Virus record (IMG/VR): IMGVR_UViG_3300005841_000032
Location: 32,001 to 96,000 of that record
Length of the DNA stretch: 64,000 bases
DNA from: a virus
Direction: 5' to 3' (one strand)
In this document: positions 8,011-19,449 of the stretch, piece after piece
How positions within the stretch are numbered: the first letter of the stretch is position 1
How the letters are laid out: every line of letters begins with the position of its first letter
Translations under genes and position numbers: made by a program
The notes under the pieces: model-generated
Seen by the model: the letters and a program-made list of their open reading frames with translations, nothing else
What the model was told of the DNA's origin: nothing
Databases searched by the model: none

Positions 8011-10724
8011 GGTTTATAAAGAATAGTAATAAATCCTCTATTTTGAGTAGCATCATCAAAATTCGAACTATCAAAAAATCCTCCCCCTAATCTATCCAAT
8101 ACTATAGTGGCAGGGCTACTGCCAAAAATTTCAGCTATTCTTCCAGAATGGAATTGTTCGTTTGGATTATTTTCATATCTATCCGCTAGAGAATAATTTG
8201 CCCTAACAATAGCTGCCGTATCATTTAGAATCATGACATTTACTGATACTATTTTTAATGCATCTATCGATGCAAGCGATACGGATACACTAGGGGTAGA
8301 CGACATGTTCCATACACCAATATCAAAGCAATAACTATTTAATTGTACGGCGTCGCCTGATTTAACAACTTGTCCAGACGCTATTTTAGTCGCAGTAATT
8401 CCTCCATCTTTTACATGTATGTTGCCTCCACCAATTTCTAATGTTGTATTGTCAACTACTCCTGAATTTAATTTTGAAGTTGTGACTCCACTATCTTTAA
8501 TTCTAAGCGTATCGGAGTTGATCTCTAATGTTGAATTGTCAACATTTACATCAATAATGAAATCTGCACTCAAATCTCCGCCCCCAGATAAGCCGCTACC
8601 TGCCCCTATACTTCTAGTTCTTGGAGGCGGGCCATTTACATAGTCAATGGAGATTATTCCGCTTGCGGAATTGAAGTCATTAGAGTTAAATGCTGATGCC
8701 CCCTTGGTTGAACCATCGGCGACGGCATCGTTTATCGCCAATGTTCTATTGGCCGAAAGATCGCCTCCGCCGGTTAACGGTGCAATTGTGCTTATCGTTC
8801 TTGTAGAAGAGACAAAGCCGGTTCCTTGAGATATATGCTTAAATAAAAACCAATTGGTTCCATCAAAACGAGCTACAAATATTAAGTTATTGTTTGCTGC
8901 TTGCTCTAAGTCATCAGAAGTTATAGAATATAATAAGTCTCCGGGGTCGCCGCTATTGATATAATTTTGCACTATATCAAAAGTAAATACACCCAGATTA
9001 TAAGTTCCTCTAAACTGAATCACAAAAGAATTACCATTCCTTAATGTACTAGGCAAATCTGTCCTTAAATCCAGATATGCATTTGTAGTTAAATTGTAAA
9101 CAGGACCAAAGTCAATACTTTCATTGTCCCCAACTACAATTGAATCGTCATTCGTAATTACTACAACTTCTTTTCTGGTGCCAACTACAAATCTGGTTAC
9201 AGGGTCAGTATCAGTATCAATGCTTACATACTCAACTCCAATTACCTGCCCTGTAGTTAATCCGCTAATAACATTTGAATAACTATTTGCAGCCAATTGC
9301 AAAGTTATATCAGTTGTATAGGCTGTTCTGCTATTGCTTATTTGAACTCCATTGTCATCAAAAGACGATTCATTCAAATAGCCAACTGCATCAACTGGAA
9401 TTGAAGTTAATTCGCTATATGATTTAAAATTTTTATAAGCGTATTGAACTGAATAGTTGGCTGGACTTTCAAATACAGTTAATGGAACAACTGCAAATTC
9501 CTGATTAATAGGAAATGAAAGTTTTTGATTCCCTAAATCTATGCCGTCGCTATCTTGTGAATTTCCTGTAAATACAATATCAATAGCCTCTGCATTAGGG
9601 GCAACAAGTAATTGCTGACTAGAATTTGCAAACTTATCTACATCTAATGTATCAAGGATGAGATTTATCTGAGTTGCAGAAAGAGAAGATTGTTTAACTG
9701 TATAATATGCCCCATCTTCCGTATACAATCTCCACCCATCAAAATCACCGTTTGTAAAGTCGGAAGTTGTTCTGAACTTACCGCCATTTCCGGCAATCAA
9801 AGTAACTCGATTTGCACTCGAATCCATAGTCCAGTTTGAACTACGAAAAGCCCATGCAATCTGAACTAAGTTTTTATCCCTAGGAGTATTAGTAGAATCA
9901 AATTTAATTGATTCTACTCCTATAAGCGCATTATCAGAAATGCTTATATTATTATTTTCATAATCGGCTTTATCGCGATATATATTAAGACTTCTTTTAT
10001 CCTGAATTGTTATTGTGCTTCCAGTTCTTTTTACTCTTGCCAATAAAAATTCCTGACCTTCAATTAATGCCGGTGGCGTATTTAAAACACTTTCAACAAT
10101 AGCTGTTAGCGTACAACTATCATATTGATAGGGGTATTTATCATCGCTTGGTACAGATATACCGGGAGTAAATGTGCCCACAATAGCAATTTGCAAATTA
10201 CTTTCTGATAAAAAATCTCCAGCAAGTAAGGCATTGTGTTCATCGATCAATTCTACAACATCATATTCAAACAAATTAAGTGTTGAATTTGGGAATGATA
10301 TGCGAGTTGGATTATTTGGCTGACCTCTTAAAATCTCTGTTAAATCTCCATCTGGGCAAACTAAATTGCCTTGCTTGTCTATTGATACAAGAAATTGTTC
10401 ATTTGGAGAGTACGTATGTGATATTTTAAGCCATCTCCATTGAGAATCGTTGGCAATTGAAATGTTATCGGTAGCCGGTCTATAAATTATATTCCCTTCA
10501 TTGTTTATAGCAAACAATTCATTGTTTTTAATAGAGCCAATATTTGTTCCCTGACTTATTTGCCCATTATCAAAATTTCCCTCAATGTAATTGGCAAATA
10601 ATCCAAACTCAATAGAGTTTTTAAGAAATAATTTTCTGAATCCATCATCATCTAAAAATTTTTTAAACCGATTAAGTTCTTGTAACCCTATAAATAAATT
10701 TGAAGATGTTTTGAAATTGGCCAC
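8007..10724 (-). CDS. baseplate/tail-fibre structural protein
   Basis: 905 aa in the tail module; C-terminal GGGDLSA and VDN(S/T)TLEI fibre-type repeats. Confidence 0.65.
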   Translation of the reverse strand: MANFKTSSNLFIGLQELNRFKKFLDDDGFRKLFLKNSIEFGLFANYIEGNFDNGQISQGTNIGSIKNNELFAINNEGNIIYRPATDNISIANDSQWRWLKISHTYSPNEQFLVSIDKQGNLVCPDGDLTEILRGQPNNPTRISFPNSTLNLFEYDVVELIDEHNALLAGDFLSESNLQIAIVGTFTPGISVPSDDKYPYQYDSCTLTAIVESVLNTPPALIEGQEFLLARVKRTGSTITIQDKRSLNIYRDKADYENNNISISDNALIGVESIKFDSTNTPRDKNLVQIAWAFRSSNWTMDSSANRVTLIAGNGGKFRTTSDFTNGDFDGWRLYTEDGAYYTVKQSSLSATQINLILDTLDVDKFANSSQQLLVAPNAEAIDIVFTGNSQDSDGIDLGNQKLSFPINQEFAVVPLTVFESPANYSVQYAYKNFKSYSELTSIPVDAVGYLNESSFDDNGVQISNSRTAYTTDITLQLAANSYSNVISGLTTGQVIGVEYVSIDTDTDPVTRFVVGTRKEVVVITNDDSIVVGDNESIDFGPVYNLTTNAYLDLRTDLPSTLRNGNSFVIQFRGTYNLGVFTFDIVQNYINSGDPGDLLYSITSDDLEQAANNNLIFVARFDGTNWFLFKHISQGTGFVSSTRTISTIAPLTGGGDLSANRTLAINDAVADGSTKGASAFNSNDFNSASGIISIDYVNGPPPRTRSIGAGSGLSGGGDLSADFIIDVNVDNSTLEINSDTLRIKDSGVTTSKLNSGVVDNTTLEIGGGNIHVKDGGITATKIASGQVVKSGDAVQLNSYCFDIGVWNMSSTPSVSVSLASIDALKIVSVNVMILNDTAAIVRANYSLADRYENNPNEQFHSGRIAEIFGSSPATIVLDRLGGGFFDSSNFDDATQNRGFITILYKP

Positions 10725-10761
10725 TTTAATATTTTTTTTACCCTAATAATTAATATGATTT

Positions 10762-13700
10762 TTAAAAAGTTACCCAATTTGTTCCGTCAAAAAACACCGG
10801 AACTTTTGTTGATCCACCACCAACAACGGCAACTAGGAAAGAAGGCGTAAGGGCGTCGGTAACGTAGGCAACGTCCCCAACCGTTCCAGTGGGAAGAGTA
10901 GATACTGTAAAAGATTTTAAATTTAACACAGTAGATAATTTAGTTCCAGTTGAAGATATTCTTATCCGTTCTGAAGCTGTTGCTCCTGCGGCCATAGTAT
11001 TAAATATAATATCGAAGTCTTCCGATGCAGGGGTCACATCAGTAGTAACCACATCTATTGCGGCCCCTATCTTAGAAGATCCACTAGAATTCTGTGAAAT
11101 AAATTCCATGCCAACTCCTACTCCAATTGCTGGTGTGCCAGACGTTGAGTGATCTAAAGTTAATATTCTTGTTATTGAACTATTTGATGCATTGAATTCA
11201 AGGGCATGAATAAGCCTTGTTGGAGTATATCCAACACCGTTTGATATTGCCCATTTACTACCATTCCAATCTAGTCCAACGCTGCTACTTTGCTCTACTG
11301 TAAAATGCCCAGTGCCTTTTGTATTGATTATTAGCCCAACATCAGACACAGAGCCATCCATAGCAAATATTCTATTTGATCCCGTACTTGTTGAATTGCC
11401 AAAAGTATAATTCCCTATACCCTTGGTTGCCATTATAAACCCAACATCTGTTGCTGAACCATCTGCAATTAAACTTCTATTTGCTCCTGAAATACCTGTA
11501 CCGAACGAGGCGTTACCGGCTAAAGTAGAGAATATTCCAGAAGGAACGGCATTTGTTCCGTCTGACTTCATTAATTCATTATTGGCCGCCGTATTTGTTA
11601 TGCCGCCACCGGATGATGATAAGGTATGAGTAGAATGTGTATAAGTTAGCCCTGAACCTATATTTACATTTACATTTACTCCGTCCGTATCGTCCCAACC
11701 AATAATAGAGTTCACATTTGGGTCGGTCCAATTTGTTAGACGTCCATTTGTGGTGGCAATTGGAATAAATCCAGATGTCAACGCAGCGTCATTTAACGTA
11801 TATTCCTTTCTAGCCGCACCTGTTGTTATTGTGAAATACGTTTTATCGGTAAGAAACTCTATAGCTCCTATTTCAGGTGACGTCATCAACGGTCCCGACG
11901 GAATTTTCATAGGAGCCGTACCCGCCGCTGTAGTGCCGGCTGCAAAAGTATGCGATACGAAATTTGTAATCCCGCTATTACCCACCCAGAATAAATCTTT
12001 GGTCGTGTTCCCGCTTACGCCATTATTTCCAAAAAATTTAAATCCGCCTGTTGAAAAACTTTGTGCAAACGTCATGAAACCACTAGAGGTATACGGAGTG
12101 AAATAACCAAAATTACTTGTTGTCACAGCACTAGAAATACCCTTGTTAAGTAAATATTCTAATGTGCCTTCTTGGTGTATCTCCATTACCTCTACCTGAT
12201 TTCCTGTTGTACCTCCAGATACAAACCATTGATGTGATCCAACAGCGTTGAAACCTGGTGAATAAGTAGACGAGTTACCAAAATAATTTCTGTGTTGCTG
12301 CTGTGCGCTTGTGTTCGATAGTGTAAACGTGTTCATTACCGTGGCTGAGAAAGCAGATACTATTTTTGATCCGCTCTTTAATAACCAATCTTGTGTCTTG
12401 TCGTAATTAGTTGTCGGCACAATCGCTCCTTGTCCTACCAAAGAGCCATTAACAAATGTTTTACCATCGAGCCTTGTATTAGGTCGTGTATTATTTACGA
12501 CTCCAACGTTTCCTAACGAGTCAACGCCTAATTGATAAGCCTTTGGTAAAAAAGGCGGACTAAAGTACTTGATATTGTTAAATTGACTAGCGCCGTTTGT
12601 TACCAGTGCCTGAGAGCTTATTGTGTTAAGTTGTTTAACAGTGCTATAAATTACTTCCGCGATTAATAAATGTCCCTGATCGTTCGGATGAATATTGTCA
12701 GCTGTATAAATAGTGGGACTAATGCCTTGAGATGAAAAAGGCGTCGTAATATCAACGTATATCGCACCGAGTGAACCGCACAACGTAACCAAAGCCGAGT
12801 TATATGCTGTTGGACTGTTTCCTATATACGATCCGGCGATACTCAAAACGATTACTTGACTTGCAGGCCATCCCTTAGTTGTAATCGCATTATTAAGAAT
12901 TGTCGTCATATCGTTTGAATATTGAACTGATGTCCGACCGGCGGTAAGGTCATTAATACCCAATTCAAAGCATAGATATTTATGAGTCGAAGAATTGTAA
13001 GTAGGTATACTCCCAAGATTTGATACAGCGAAAGTTTGTGCTGTTATTCCGCCTGTACCAGTAGAGGCCTCAGTTAATCCATAAAGATTAGATACCTGTT
13101 TTGAAAATCTCCAGTTAGTTGTAGACGCTCCTGTACCCGCAGTAAGTGAGTTTCCAAGCGCAACGAACGATTTTCCTGAAAGACTTTCAGAAATAGGGTT
13201 TCCAATGTTTTGTTTGGCCGTCGAAAGTCTTGTATTGGCATTATCCCATGTAAAGCTACTTGACCCGGCAAAAGCTCCTGACGAATTATACTGCACTTGA
13301 GTATCTGATCCTCCAGCAGAACCAGAAAACGAAGAAGCCGTTCTATATTTAATCTGGCCAGTTGATGAGTTTCGTACGAGTACCTGAGTTAACGCGTCGT
13401 CATTTACTGGAGTAGATGCAATATTAAAATTTGGCACATAAACTTGATCTGGGTCGGATGACCGCGCAACAATGCCATGCCCTCCCAAAATAAGAGAGTT
13501 TGGTGACGTTGATGGTATATGGTGGTCGTATCCGCCAAATATGCCTGATAATGCGCCAAGAGCACCTCTACCTGAAACCTGAGCTGAAGTATTTGCTGAA
13601 ATATTAATAGCATTGGCAAAAGCAGTAACGTGCTTACTTGAATCTGAAGATGGAATGCTAAGTCCAATAGCCATACCCCCACCACTAAATAGACCCCCAG

Positions 13701-14424
13701 ATACTTCTCCTGAATGCTTTAGTTCAGCGTACTGTCCGCCAACCATACCAACATAACCGTAGTATTTATTTCTGTTTCCCCAAACAAATCCTGCGCTACC
13801 CGAAAAAAAGTTAACATTGTCGCCAACTACATTACTAGTTCCAGTTATAAATGTATCAGTAACCGTTCCATTAGTACCGCTACCCGGATTGCCAAAAATT
13901 GTAATGTCTTCTCCAAATACCCATACATTATTGACAAAATTTAATGCATCGTGTATTGTAGGTGGAGTTTGAGTCATCCAAACTAAAGCATTAGAGTTAG
14001 CATAGAAATTATCAGTGCCTATTTTGCCAACACTACTACCGGTTCCAAATACAAAATTGTTTGCCGCAATATTTAATCCTAAATCTGATTTTACCTGAGC
14101 GATACTCCTATTGGTCCACACTCCACTCTTTCTCTGTAGGAAATCATCATTAGATGCAGTAAGTCCAATTATAGATGTTAGATCAGTTGGCACACTTGTT
14201 ATTTTAGACCACGCCAAAGAATTAAGAAATGAAGGATTTGAGTATGACCCCAACAAACTTACCTTAGATATATTCAATACATCAAATGCATCAGCTGTTC
14301 TAGATGGCAATGTTGGTTTAAGACGAATATTTGTATTTATATAAGTGGTAATGTCGCCCTCACTTGTTTGCGCAAAAGAAACATTAACTATAAGTACAAG
14401 TAAGACTAAAAGTATTTTTTTCAT
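10762..14424 (-). CDS. tail fibre / receptor-binding protein with SGNH hydrolase domain
   Basis: 1220 aa, G/S/T-rich; GGSDTQVQYN fibre motif; LGNSLTAG, ELGIND and DNIHPN SGNH blocks. Confidence 0.75.
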   Translation of the reverse strand: MKKILLVLLVLIVNVSFAQTSEGDITTYINTNIRLKPTLPSRTADAFDVLNISKVSLLGSYSNPSFLNSLAWSKITSVPTDLTSIIGLTASNDDFLQRKSGVWTNRSIAQVKSDLGLNIAANNFVFGTGSSVGKIGTDNFYANSNALVWMTQTPPTIHDALNFVNNVWVFGEDITIFGNPGSGTNGTVTDTFITGTSNVVGDNVNFFSGSAGFVWGNRNKYYGYVGMVGGQYAELKHSGEVSGGLFSGGGMAIGLSIPSSDSSKHVTAFANAINISANTSAQVSGRGALGALSGIFGGYDHHIPSTSPNSLILGGHGIVARSSDPDQVYVPNFNIASTPVNDDALTQVLVRNSSTGQIKYRTASSFSGSAGGSDTQVQYNSSGAFAGSSSFTWDNANTRLSTAKQNIGNPISESLSGKSFVALGNSLTAGTGASTTNWRFSKQVSNLYGLTEASTGTGGITAQTFAVSNLGSIPTYNSSTHKYLCFELGINDLTAGRTSVQYSNDMTTILNNAITTKGWPASQVIVLSIAGSYIGNSPTAYNSALVTLCGSLGAIYVDITTPFSSQGISPTIYTADNIHPNDQGHLLIAEVIYSTVKQLNTISSQALVTNGASQFNNIKYFSPPFLPKAYQLGVDSLGNVGVVNNTRPNTRLDGKTFVNGSLVGQGAIVPTTNYDKTQDWLLKSGSKIVSAFSATVMNTFTLSNTSAQQQHRNYFGNSSTYSPGFNAVGSHQWFVSGGTTGNQVEVMEIHQEGTLEYLLNKGISSAVTTSNFGYFTPYTSSGFMTFAQSFSTGGFKFFGNNGVSGNTTKDLFWVGNSGITNFVSHTFAAGTTAAGTAPMKIPSGPLMTSPEIGAIEFLTDKTYFTITTGAARKEYTLNDAALTSGFIPIATTNGRLTNWTDPNVNSIIGWDDTDGVNVNVNIGSGLTYTHSTHTLSSSGGGITNTAANNELMKSDGTNAVPSGIFSTLAGNASFGTGISGANRSLIADGSATDVGFIMATKGIGNYTFGNSTSTGSNRIFAMDGSVSDVGLIINTKGTGHFTVEQSSSVGLDWNGSKWAISNGVGYTPTRLIHALEFNASNSSITRILTLDHSTSGTPAIGVGVGMEFISQNSSGSSKIGAAIDVVTTDVTPASEDFDIIFNTMAAGATASERIRISSTGTKLSTVLNLKSFTVSTLPTGTVGDVAYVTDALTPSFLVAVVGGGSTKVPVFFDGTNWVTF

Positions 14425-14732
14425 TAATCTTTATTGGCAATTTTGTCCCACTTATTAAACAAAGAATCGCAATTATAACCCAAACTGCCAACAATAAGAA
14501 TATCGTGTATTTGTCCAGTGGGTATAGTGAAATAATAAGATATAACTGTAATAAAAGTAGCTATTACAGCTAATAGAGTGCTTTTAAAATGATTGCTAAA
14601 GTATCCTTTGATTTCAACAAAAGTTTCTCCGGTAACATTCTTTTTCAAGAAATGACTAAACATGCCAACCATTCCTATCGCCAATAAAGAAGGCAATTCA
14701 AATAACCATTTATATTGTTCTATTGTATCCAT
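14424..14732 (-). CDS. small membrane protein, holin-like
   Basis: 102 aa with 2-3 hydrophobic segments. Confidence 0.45.
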   Translation of the reverse strand: MDTIEQYKWLFELPSLLAIGMVGMFSHFLKKNVTGETFVEIKGYFSNHFKSTLLAVIATFITVISYYFTIPTGQIHDILIVGSLGYNCDSLFNKWDKIANKD

Positions 14733-14739
14733 AATTCAA

Positions 14740-15069
14740 TTAATATATTTTCCATTTAGATTCATCCTGTTGCGGATTGTCATATAAAGCTCTTAAATTT
14801 AATTTCAATTCTTCTTCTACTGGGCTTGCGCCAAGCACTCCGCTTCCAACTATAATCCATTCATCGTTTTTCTTTACTAGCCCCGTATCCCCATTGCCTC
14901 TTTGAGTAGGGAATAAATTGCCGCTCGCATCCCATTCGCCACGATCATGAAAATTAATTATTGTCTCAGTAGTTACTTTTACATTACCATTATCTTGCAC
15001 CAATGGCAAAACCTCAGGTCCCTTTAAGGTAGTCGCATCATTTAATACTGATATTCTTTTATCTGCCAT
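14740..15069 (-). CDS. small tail-associated structural protein
   Basis: MADKRISVL...EVLPLVQ N-terminus typical of fibre-associated proteins; RGEWDAS motif. Confidence 0.5.
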   Translation of the reverse strand: MADKRISVLNDATTLKGPEVLPLVQDNGNVKVTTETIINFHDRGEWDASGNLFPTQRGNGDTGLVKKNDEWIIVGSGVLGASPVEEELKLNLRALYDNPQQDESKWKIY

Positions 15070-16500
15070 TTATTCTAATAATATTCCGTCACCGCTTTCA
15101 AGTAAAAAATGCCCCTCATTTTCCAAAGCCAAATAAAATGTTTCAATCACAGGGGCAACTGAAATTTCATTCAAAAATAATGTAGCAAAAGCGGTATTAT
15201 AATTAATGAATGTTTTTCTTAAAAATACCCTTATTTCATCATTAGTATATCTTCCGTTTTTATTGTCTCCGATAACATCAATGAAATTTTTATTATTTAA
15301 ATAACATCTATCATAGGGTAATGAACATGGAGTTATTTTTACATTCCATATGAAAATAGAAGGTTGCATATCGTATGCGCTATCACTACTAGCCCCAAGA
15401 TCAACGTCTATTGAAGTTGAATCAAAATTGTCTTGCTCGCTATCCTGATCATCGCTATTATTTGTATCAAAAAATATTTGCGGTATTATTTTAACCGCAT
15501 TTTCAGGAAATTTTAATTGATGGCCAAAACCTATATTTAGTCTCGCATCATTTTCCGATAATGTACCCTTGTCTTTATTATAAATTATACCTCTTACAAA
15601 ATACCATGTTCCTGTTTTATTCAACCGTCTAGTTTCAAAGAAAAATTTACTGTCGGTGTTGTCTATTATATTCTTTAATGAAATTTCATTTCCATTTACA
15701 TCAAAACATTTACAGCCAAACGTTATATTTTCATTTGTTATATCTTGCGCTACATAAAATGAAATCTCAAAATCTAAACGAGGATCAATTGTTCTTCTTT
15801 TACCTATATCGTCACCACCTATTCCAGAATCACTTATTGGCTGTTCAATTTCCATACAACGTTTACCTCTATAAGTAGTGATGAAAACATTTTCTGGAGT
15901 AATTAATGGATATAAACTAGAATCTTCTATATCTTCTGTGTATTCGTAACTGGAGTTAAGATCATATCTTCCAGTATTGCCCTTGAACAAGGGAGAACAA
16001 TTATCTATATTCCATCCATTTTTATGTACTTGGAATCCTCCTAGTTTAAAATATGTAAGATCATTCCAATTAAACAATCGCAAAATCTCTCCGTCTGGTA
16101 TATCATCTTCTTGTGAAACTTCAATAGATTTTATTCCACCCCTTTGCAACCTAAGTCGCAATGAATTAGACATTTCATAAAATAAATGATTAATGGACTC
16201 TGTGTTTGAAGTGAACAATCCATGTTGCACTAGATACTCATTCAAAAGAAAATCGTCATCTGTAAAGGTTTCAAATTCTCTAGTCAATTGCACAAGATAG
16301 CCCCAAAATACTGCGATTGGGAAATAATAATTTTCAAAATCAGTTGCTCCTATTTGTTCATCTTCTCTTAAAATGTATTCCGCTACCCCGCCATTAGCTT
16401 TAAGTTTTTCTAATACATTATTAGCCCAATTCTGAACATCTGCTGAATCAGCATCAAAATAAGGCTTAAATATACTTGAATCAAAAAACTTAGTTGTCAT
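15070..16500 (-). CDS. baseplate wedge-associated protein
   Basis: Follows the baseplate J-like gene; C-terminal LALENEGHFLLESGDGILLE. Confidence 0.55.
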   Translation of the reverse strand: MTTKFFDSSIFKPYFDADSADVQNWANNVLEKLKANGGVAEYILREDEQIGATDFENYYFPIAVFWGYLVQLTREFETFTDDDFLLNEYLVQHGLFTSNTESINHLFYEMSNSLRLRLQRGGIKSIEVSQEDDIPDGEILRLFNWNDLTYFKLGGFQVHKNGWNIDNCSPLFKGNTGRYDLNSSYEYTEDIEDSSLYPLITPENVFITTYRGKRCMEIEQPISDSGIGGDDIGKRRTIDPRLDFEISFYVAQDITNENITFGCKCFDVNGNEISLKNIIDNTDSKFFFETRRLNKTGTWYFVRGIIYNKDKGTLSENDARLNIGFGHQLKFPENAVKIIPQIFFDTNNSDDQDSEQDNFDSTSIDVDLGASSDSAYDMQPSIFIWNVKITPCSLPYDRCYLNNKNFIDVIGDNKNGRYTNDEIRVFLRKTFINYNTAFATLFLNEISVAPVIETFYLALENEGHFLLESGDGILLE

Positions 16501-16502
16501 GA

Positions 16503-17717
16503 TTATAAAACTGTTGCGCTTAAATTAACTGATATCTCCTGATCATAAAAAATTGGATTTACAACCTCTGTTCCTTGACTTATCATTACGTTACCAAATA
16601 AATCTCTAGCTATAAAGCCTCTAAATCTTGGAAATTCATTTGCTTTTAAAGTTATATCTACATTTGGGGTAAAATATCTATCAGCAACACTTTTTACACC
16701 ATCAACATTTATTACAATGGAAAGCAATTTATCCCACTCTATTTTATTCAATGAGCTATCCCAAAATCTAAAATCTACAAGCTTACTAAACTTTTGTTGA
16801 ATATCAATAACTACATCACTGAAACTTACACCTGTAAATAATTCTATGCGCATATCTACATCAATAGGAAAATAAGTTACATTTTTCAATTTAACTCCAT
16901 AGCTTTTTGTTCCTATTGGATTTAATTCAGTTAATGCAAAATATTGACTTCCTTGTTCCAGTAATGTATTTAATTCATCATCATTTAAATCAATACCATT
17001 GACCGTAAGTATAGATAATGTCGCTTTTCCATTTTGATCTATCCCATCAAAAACAACTCTTAAAACATTGCTATTAATTTTTATAAATGCTTGCGTTAAA
17101 TATGATAACGTGTCCTGAGCTAAAATATCCGGCCCCTCTTTTATTCTTTGCAAAAACGTTGCGTCATCTTCAACATCTCTCCCACCTTTTGCTCCATATT
17201 CATTTATTACAGCAATATGCCCCGATGGCTCTGGTGAAATATTTATAATGGTATACGGATCAACATTAGAGCTACCACTAGATTGTTGCGATCTTACCTT
17301 TACATAATCATATCCCTTAACACCTATAGTTAAATCGCTTTCAAGATCAAATATATTACCCTTATTATCTGATACCGTATTTATTCCAGCTTCATAAAAC
17401 GTTCCTTCATTTGCCACCATTCTTACCCATGTAGACGATTGAGCAGCATTAAATCTAGGAGCTATTCCTAACATTTCAGCTACACTATCCAAGGTAGAAT
17501 CAAAAGCAAGATCGGGGTACAAATGGGATACTGCTAAAACAATATCTTTTAATGCTTTCTTTGCCGTTCTTACGTTTCCCCTAATTAATCCACGCAAAGC
17601 AGAATGGTCTGAAACTTTGGTTATCTTATTCTGCGAGTTATTAATAAATGATTCAATGTGAATTGACTCTAATTCCTGACTAGTAGCTTGTCTAATTATA
17701 TTTTTTGCATTTGGCAT
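16503..17717 (-). CDS. baseplate J-like wedge protein
   Basis: LDSVAEMLGIAPR and GGRDVEDDATFLQRI signature. Confidence 0.85.
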   Translation of the reverse strand: MPNAKNIIRQATSQELESIHIESFINNSQNKITKVSDHSALRGLIRGNVRTAKKALKDIVLAVSHLYPDLAFDSTLDSVAEMLGIAPRFNAAQSSTWVRMVANEGTFYEAGINTVSDNKGNIFDLESDLTIGVKGYDYVKVRSQQSSGSSNVDPYTIINISPEPSGHIAVINEYGAKGGRDVEDDATFLQRIKEGPDILAQDTLSYLTQAFIKINSNVLRVVFDGIDQNGKATLSILTVNGIDLNDDELNTLLEQGSQYFALTELNPIGTKSYGVKLKNVTYFPIDVDMRIELFTGVSFSDVVIDIQQKFSKLVDFRFWDSSLNKIEWDKLLSIVINVDGVKSVADRYFTPNVDITLKANEFPRFRGFIARDLFGNVMISQGTEVVNPIFYDQEISVNLSATVL

Positions 17718-17718
17718 A

Positions 17719-18651
17719 TTATAATGGTAATGATTGAGATATTATTTCTCTTGATCTTGTTTCTACTTCAAACTCTACAAATATTGCATCAGCATCTTTT
17801 TTTATATCCTTTATGGTGAAAGATTTAAAACAATCATCAGTAGCAAAATTTCCCGATATTTGTCTAAATATTGTAGGATAAGAAAGTGCAGCTATGGTGC
17901 CCCCTTTAAAATTCAACCCCCTATCTGAAAAGTCAGGATCGTCTCCCCTTTTTAAATCAGTAAGAATTTTTGCACTTTGAATTAATGTATCATTATAACT
18001 TAAACAAGTTAGATCCGATTCAACTGTATCAATTATTATACGTCTATCTATATCTTTCCCGTATGTTTTTTCTACTGTATCGATGTTATCAATAACAGAA
18101 TTCAATACAATGGCTGAATTGTTCTTGTAAATGACTTTAATTAAATACCCCCCTGACAATGTATAATCTTCTTCTCTTAATTGATTTTGTAATGCAGTGT
18201 CAATCCAGCTATCAGGGTCATTTGATTTTAAAATATCTCTTTCTAATTCTTCAAGTCCCTGATTTTGTGATGTGGTAGTAGTCATCACTACACTTCTTCT
18301 AAATCCATCTCTAGTTTGACTTGATTTTAACCAAATATCAGAATTAAATGCTGTTTCAAGTGCATTTCCAATATCTTCAATATATTCAGTAACTACCCAA
18401 AATTCATAGTTAGCAAGTATATTGGAATTAAGATTTATTATTTCAATTACTCTATTTTGTTCCTTGATTAAATTATCAAGCCTCTTTAATTCATCTTTAG
18501 GATTTATATCTGAAAATCCAGAATAATAATTTGCTATCGTTGAATAATCAATTTCAATGAATGAAATATAATCTGCTAAAAATTGACTTATGTCATATTT
18601 TGTAACAGACTCAAAATCGTCTAATATTTGATCAGTTATTTGTTCGTTCAC
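17719..18651 (-). CDS. baseplate wedge protein (possible gp25-like C-terminus)
   Basis: Position; YGKDI...GDDPDFSDRG pattern. Confidence 0.5.
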   Translation of the reverse strand: MNEQITDQILDDFESVTKYDISQFLADYISFIEIDYSTIANYYSGFSDINPKDELKRLDNLIKEQNRVIEIINLNSNILANYEFWVVTEYIEDIGNALETAFNSDIWLKSSQTRDGFRRSVVMTTTTSQNQGLEELERDILKSNDPDSWIDTALQNQLREEDYTLSGGYLIKVIYKNNSAIVLNSVIDNIDTVEKTYGKDIDRRIIIDTVESDLTCLSYNDTLIQSAKILTDLKRGDDPDFSDRGLNFKGGTIAALSYPTIFRQISGNFATDDCFKSFTIKDIKKDADAIFVEFEVETRSREIISQSLPL

Positions 18652-19424
18652 CTTCTTATCAATTTTTTCAATTTACTAACCGACTTCAAATTAGATACAA
18701 TACTATTAGCTGTCTTTTGCAATGAGGAAAATGAAAGATTCTTAATAGCTGATTTTATATTGGACAATCTTGACAGTATACTGTCTAATGGCGCAACCGC
18801 CACTAGTTGTAAACTATATGCGGGTAACATATTATTTTCATTCTCATTTTGCGTATGAGTAAAATTAATCACCTCCACTTGGTAATTGTTGCCTAATATA
18901 GGATTATAAAAATATAAAGAATGCGGTTTACCATTTTCGTCTAATTGTTTAGACTTCTCTTTCATTGATTCTAAAATCTTAATGCATCCATATCCCGTCT
19001 TAGCAATAGAACTAAATTCTGGAATACGTTGCTGCAATAAATTTGGAGGCGTTATTTTTGGCACTCCATTGTTAAGCGATAATCTAAATCCAGCTAATTC
19101 TACCCTTGTATTATTTACAAGTAATTTAAAGCGTCTACCAAATGTCCCCGAAATATTTATTGTGCTGGGTGTAAATGTTGTATTTTTCAATACGTATACT
19201 CCACCTATAGTCTTTCTTACATTAGTAATTTCTTGTTGAGTTTCTCTTATTTCTTTTGGCAATACAGGCCAAGCAAAGTAATCTACAACATCACCGTTTG
19301 AATTTACAAGTTCTAACGCAAGCAAATAGAATTCGACGTCATTCGAATAAATTGCATTAAGAGCGCCTCTTCCAAGTTCCTTAATTTTCTGATTAAAACT
19401 TAATTCTACAGCTTCTTTTGACAC
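18648..19424 (-). CDS. baseplate/tail-tube initiator-like protein
   Basis: WPVLP...TINISGTFG motif; position. Confidence 0.5.
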   Translation of the reverse strand: MSKEAVELSFNQKIKELGRGALNAIYSNDVEFYLLALELVNSNGDVVDYFAWPVLPKEIRETQQEITNVRKTIGGVYVLKNTTFTPSTINISGTFGRRFKLLVNNTRVELAGFRLSLNNGVPKITPPNLLQQRIPEFSSIAKTGYGCIKILESMKEKSKQLDENGKPHSLYFYNPILGNNYQVEVINFTHTQNENENNMLPAYSLQLVAVAPLDSILSRLSNIKSAIKNLSFSSLQKTANSIVSNLKSVSKLKKLIRR

Positions 19425-19449
19425 TATTTAAAAATACGAAAATGGCGTT

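Noticed and set aside
8007-14424. Second VR in the tail fibre genes
   Set aside because: No TR-like segment recognised in their translations or C-termini; checked by eye only, so an adenine-tolerant alignment is still needed.
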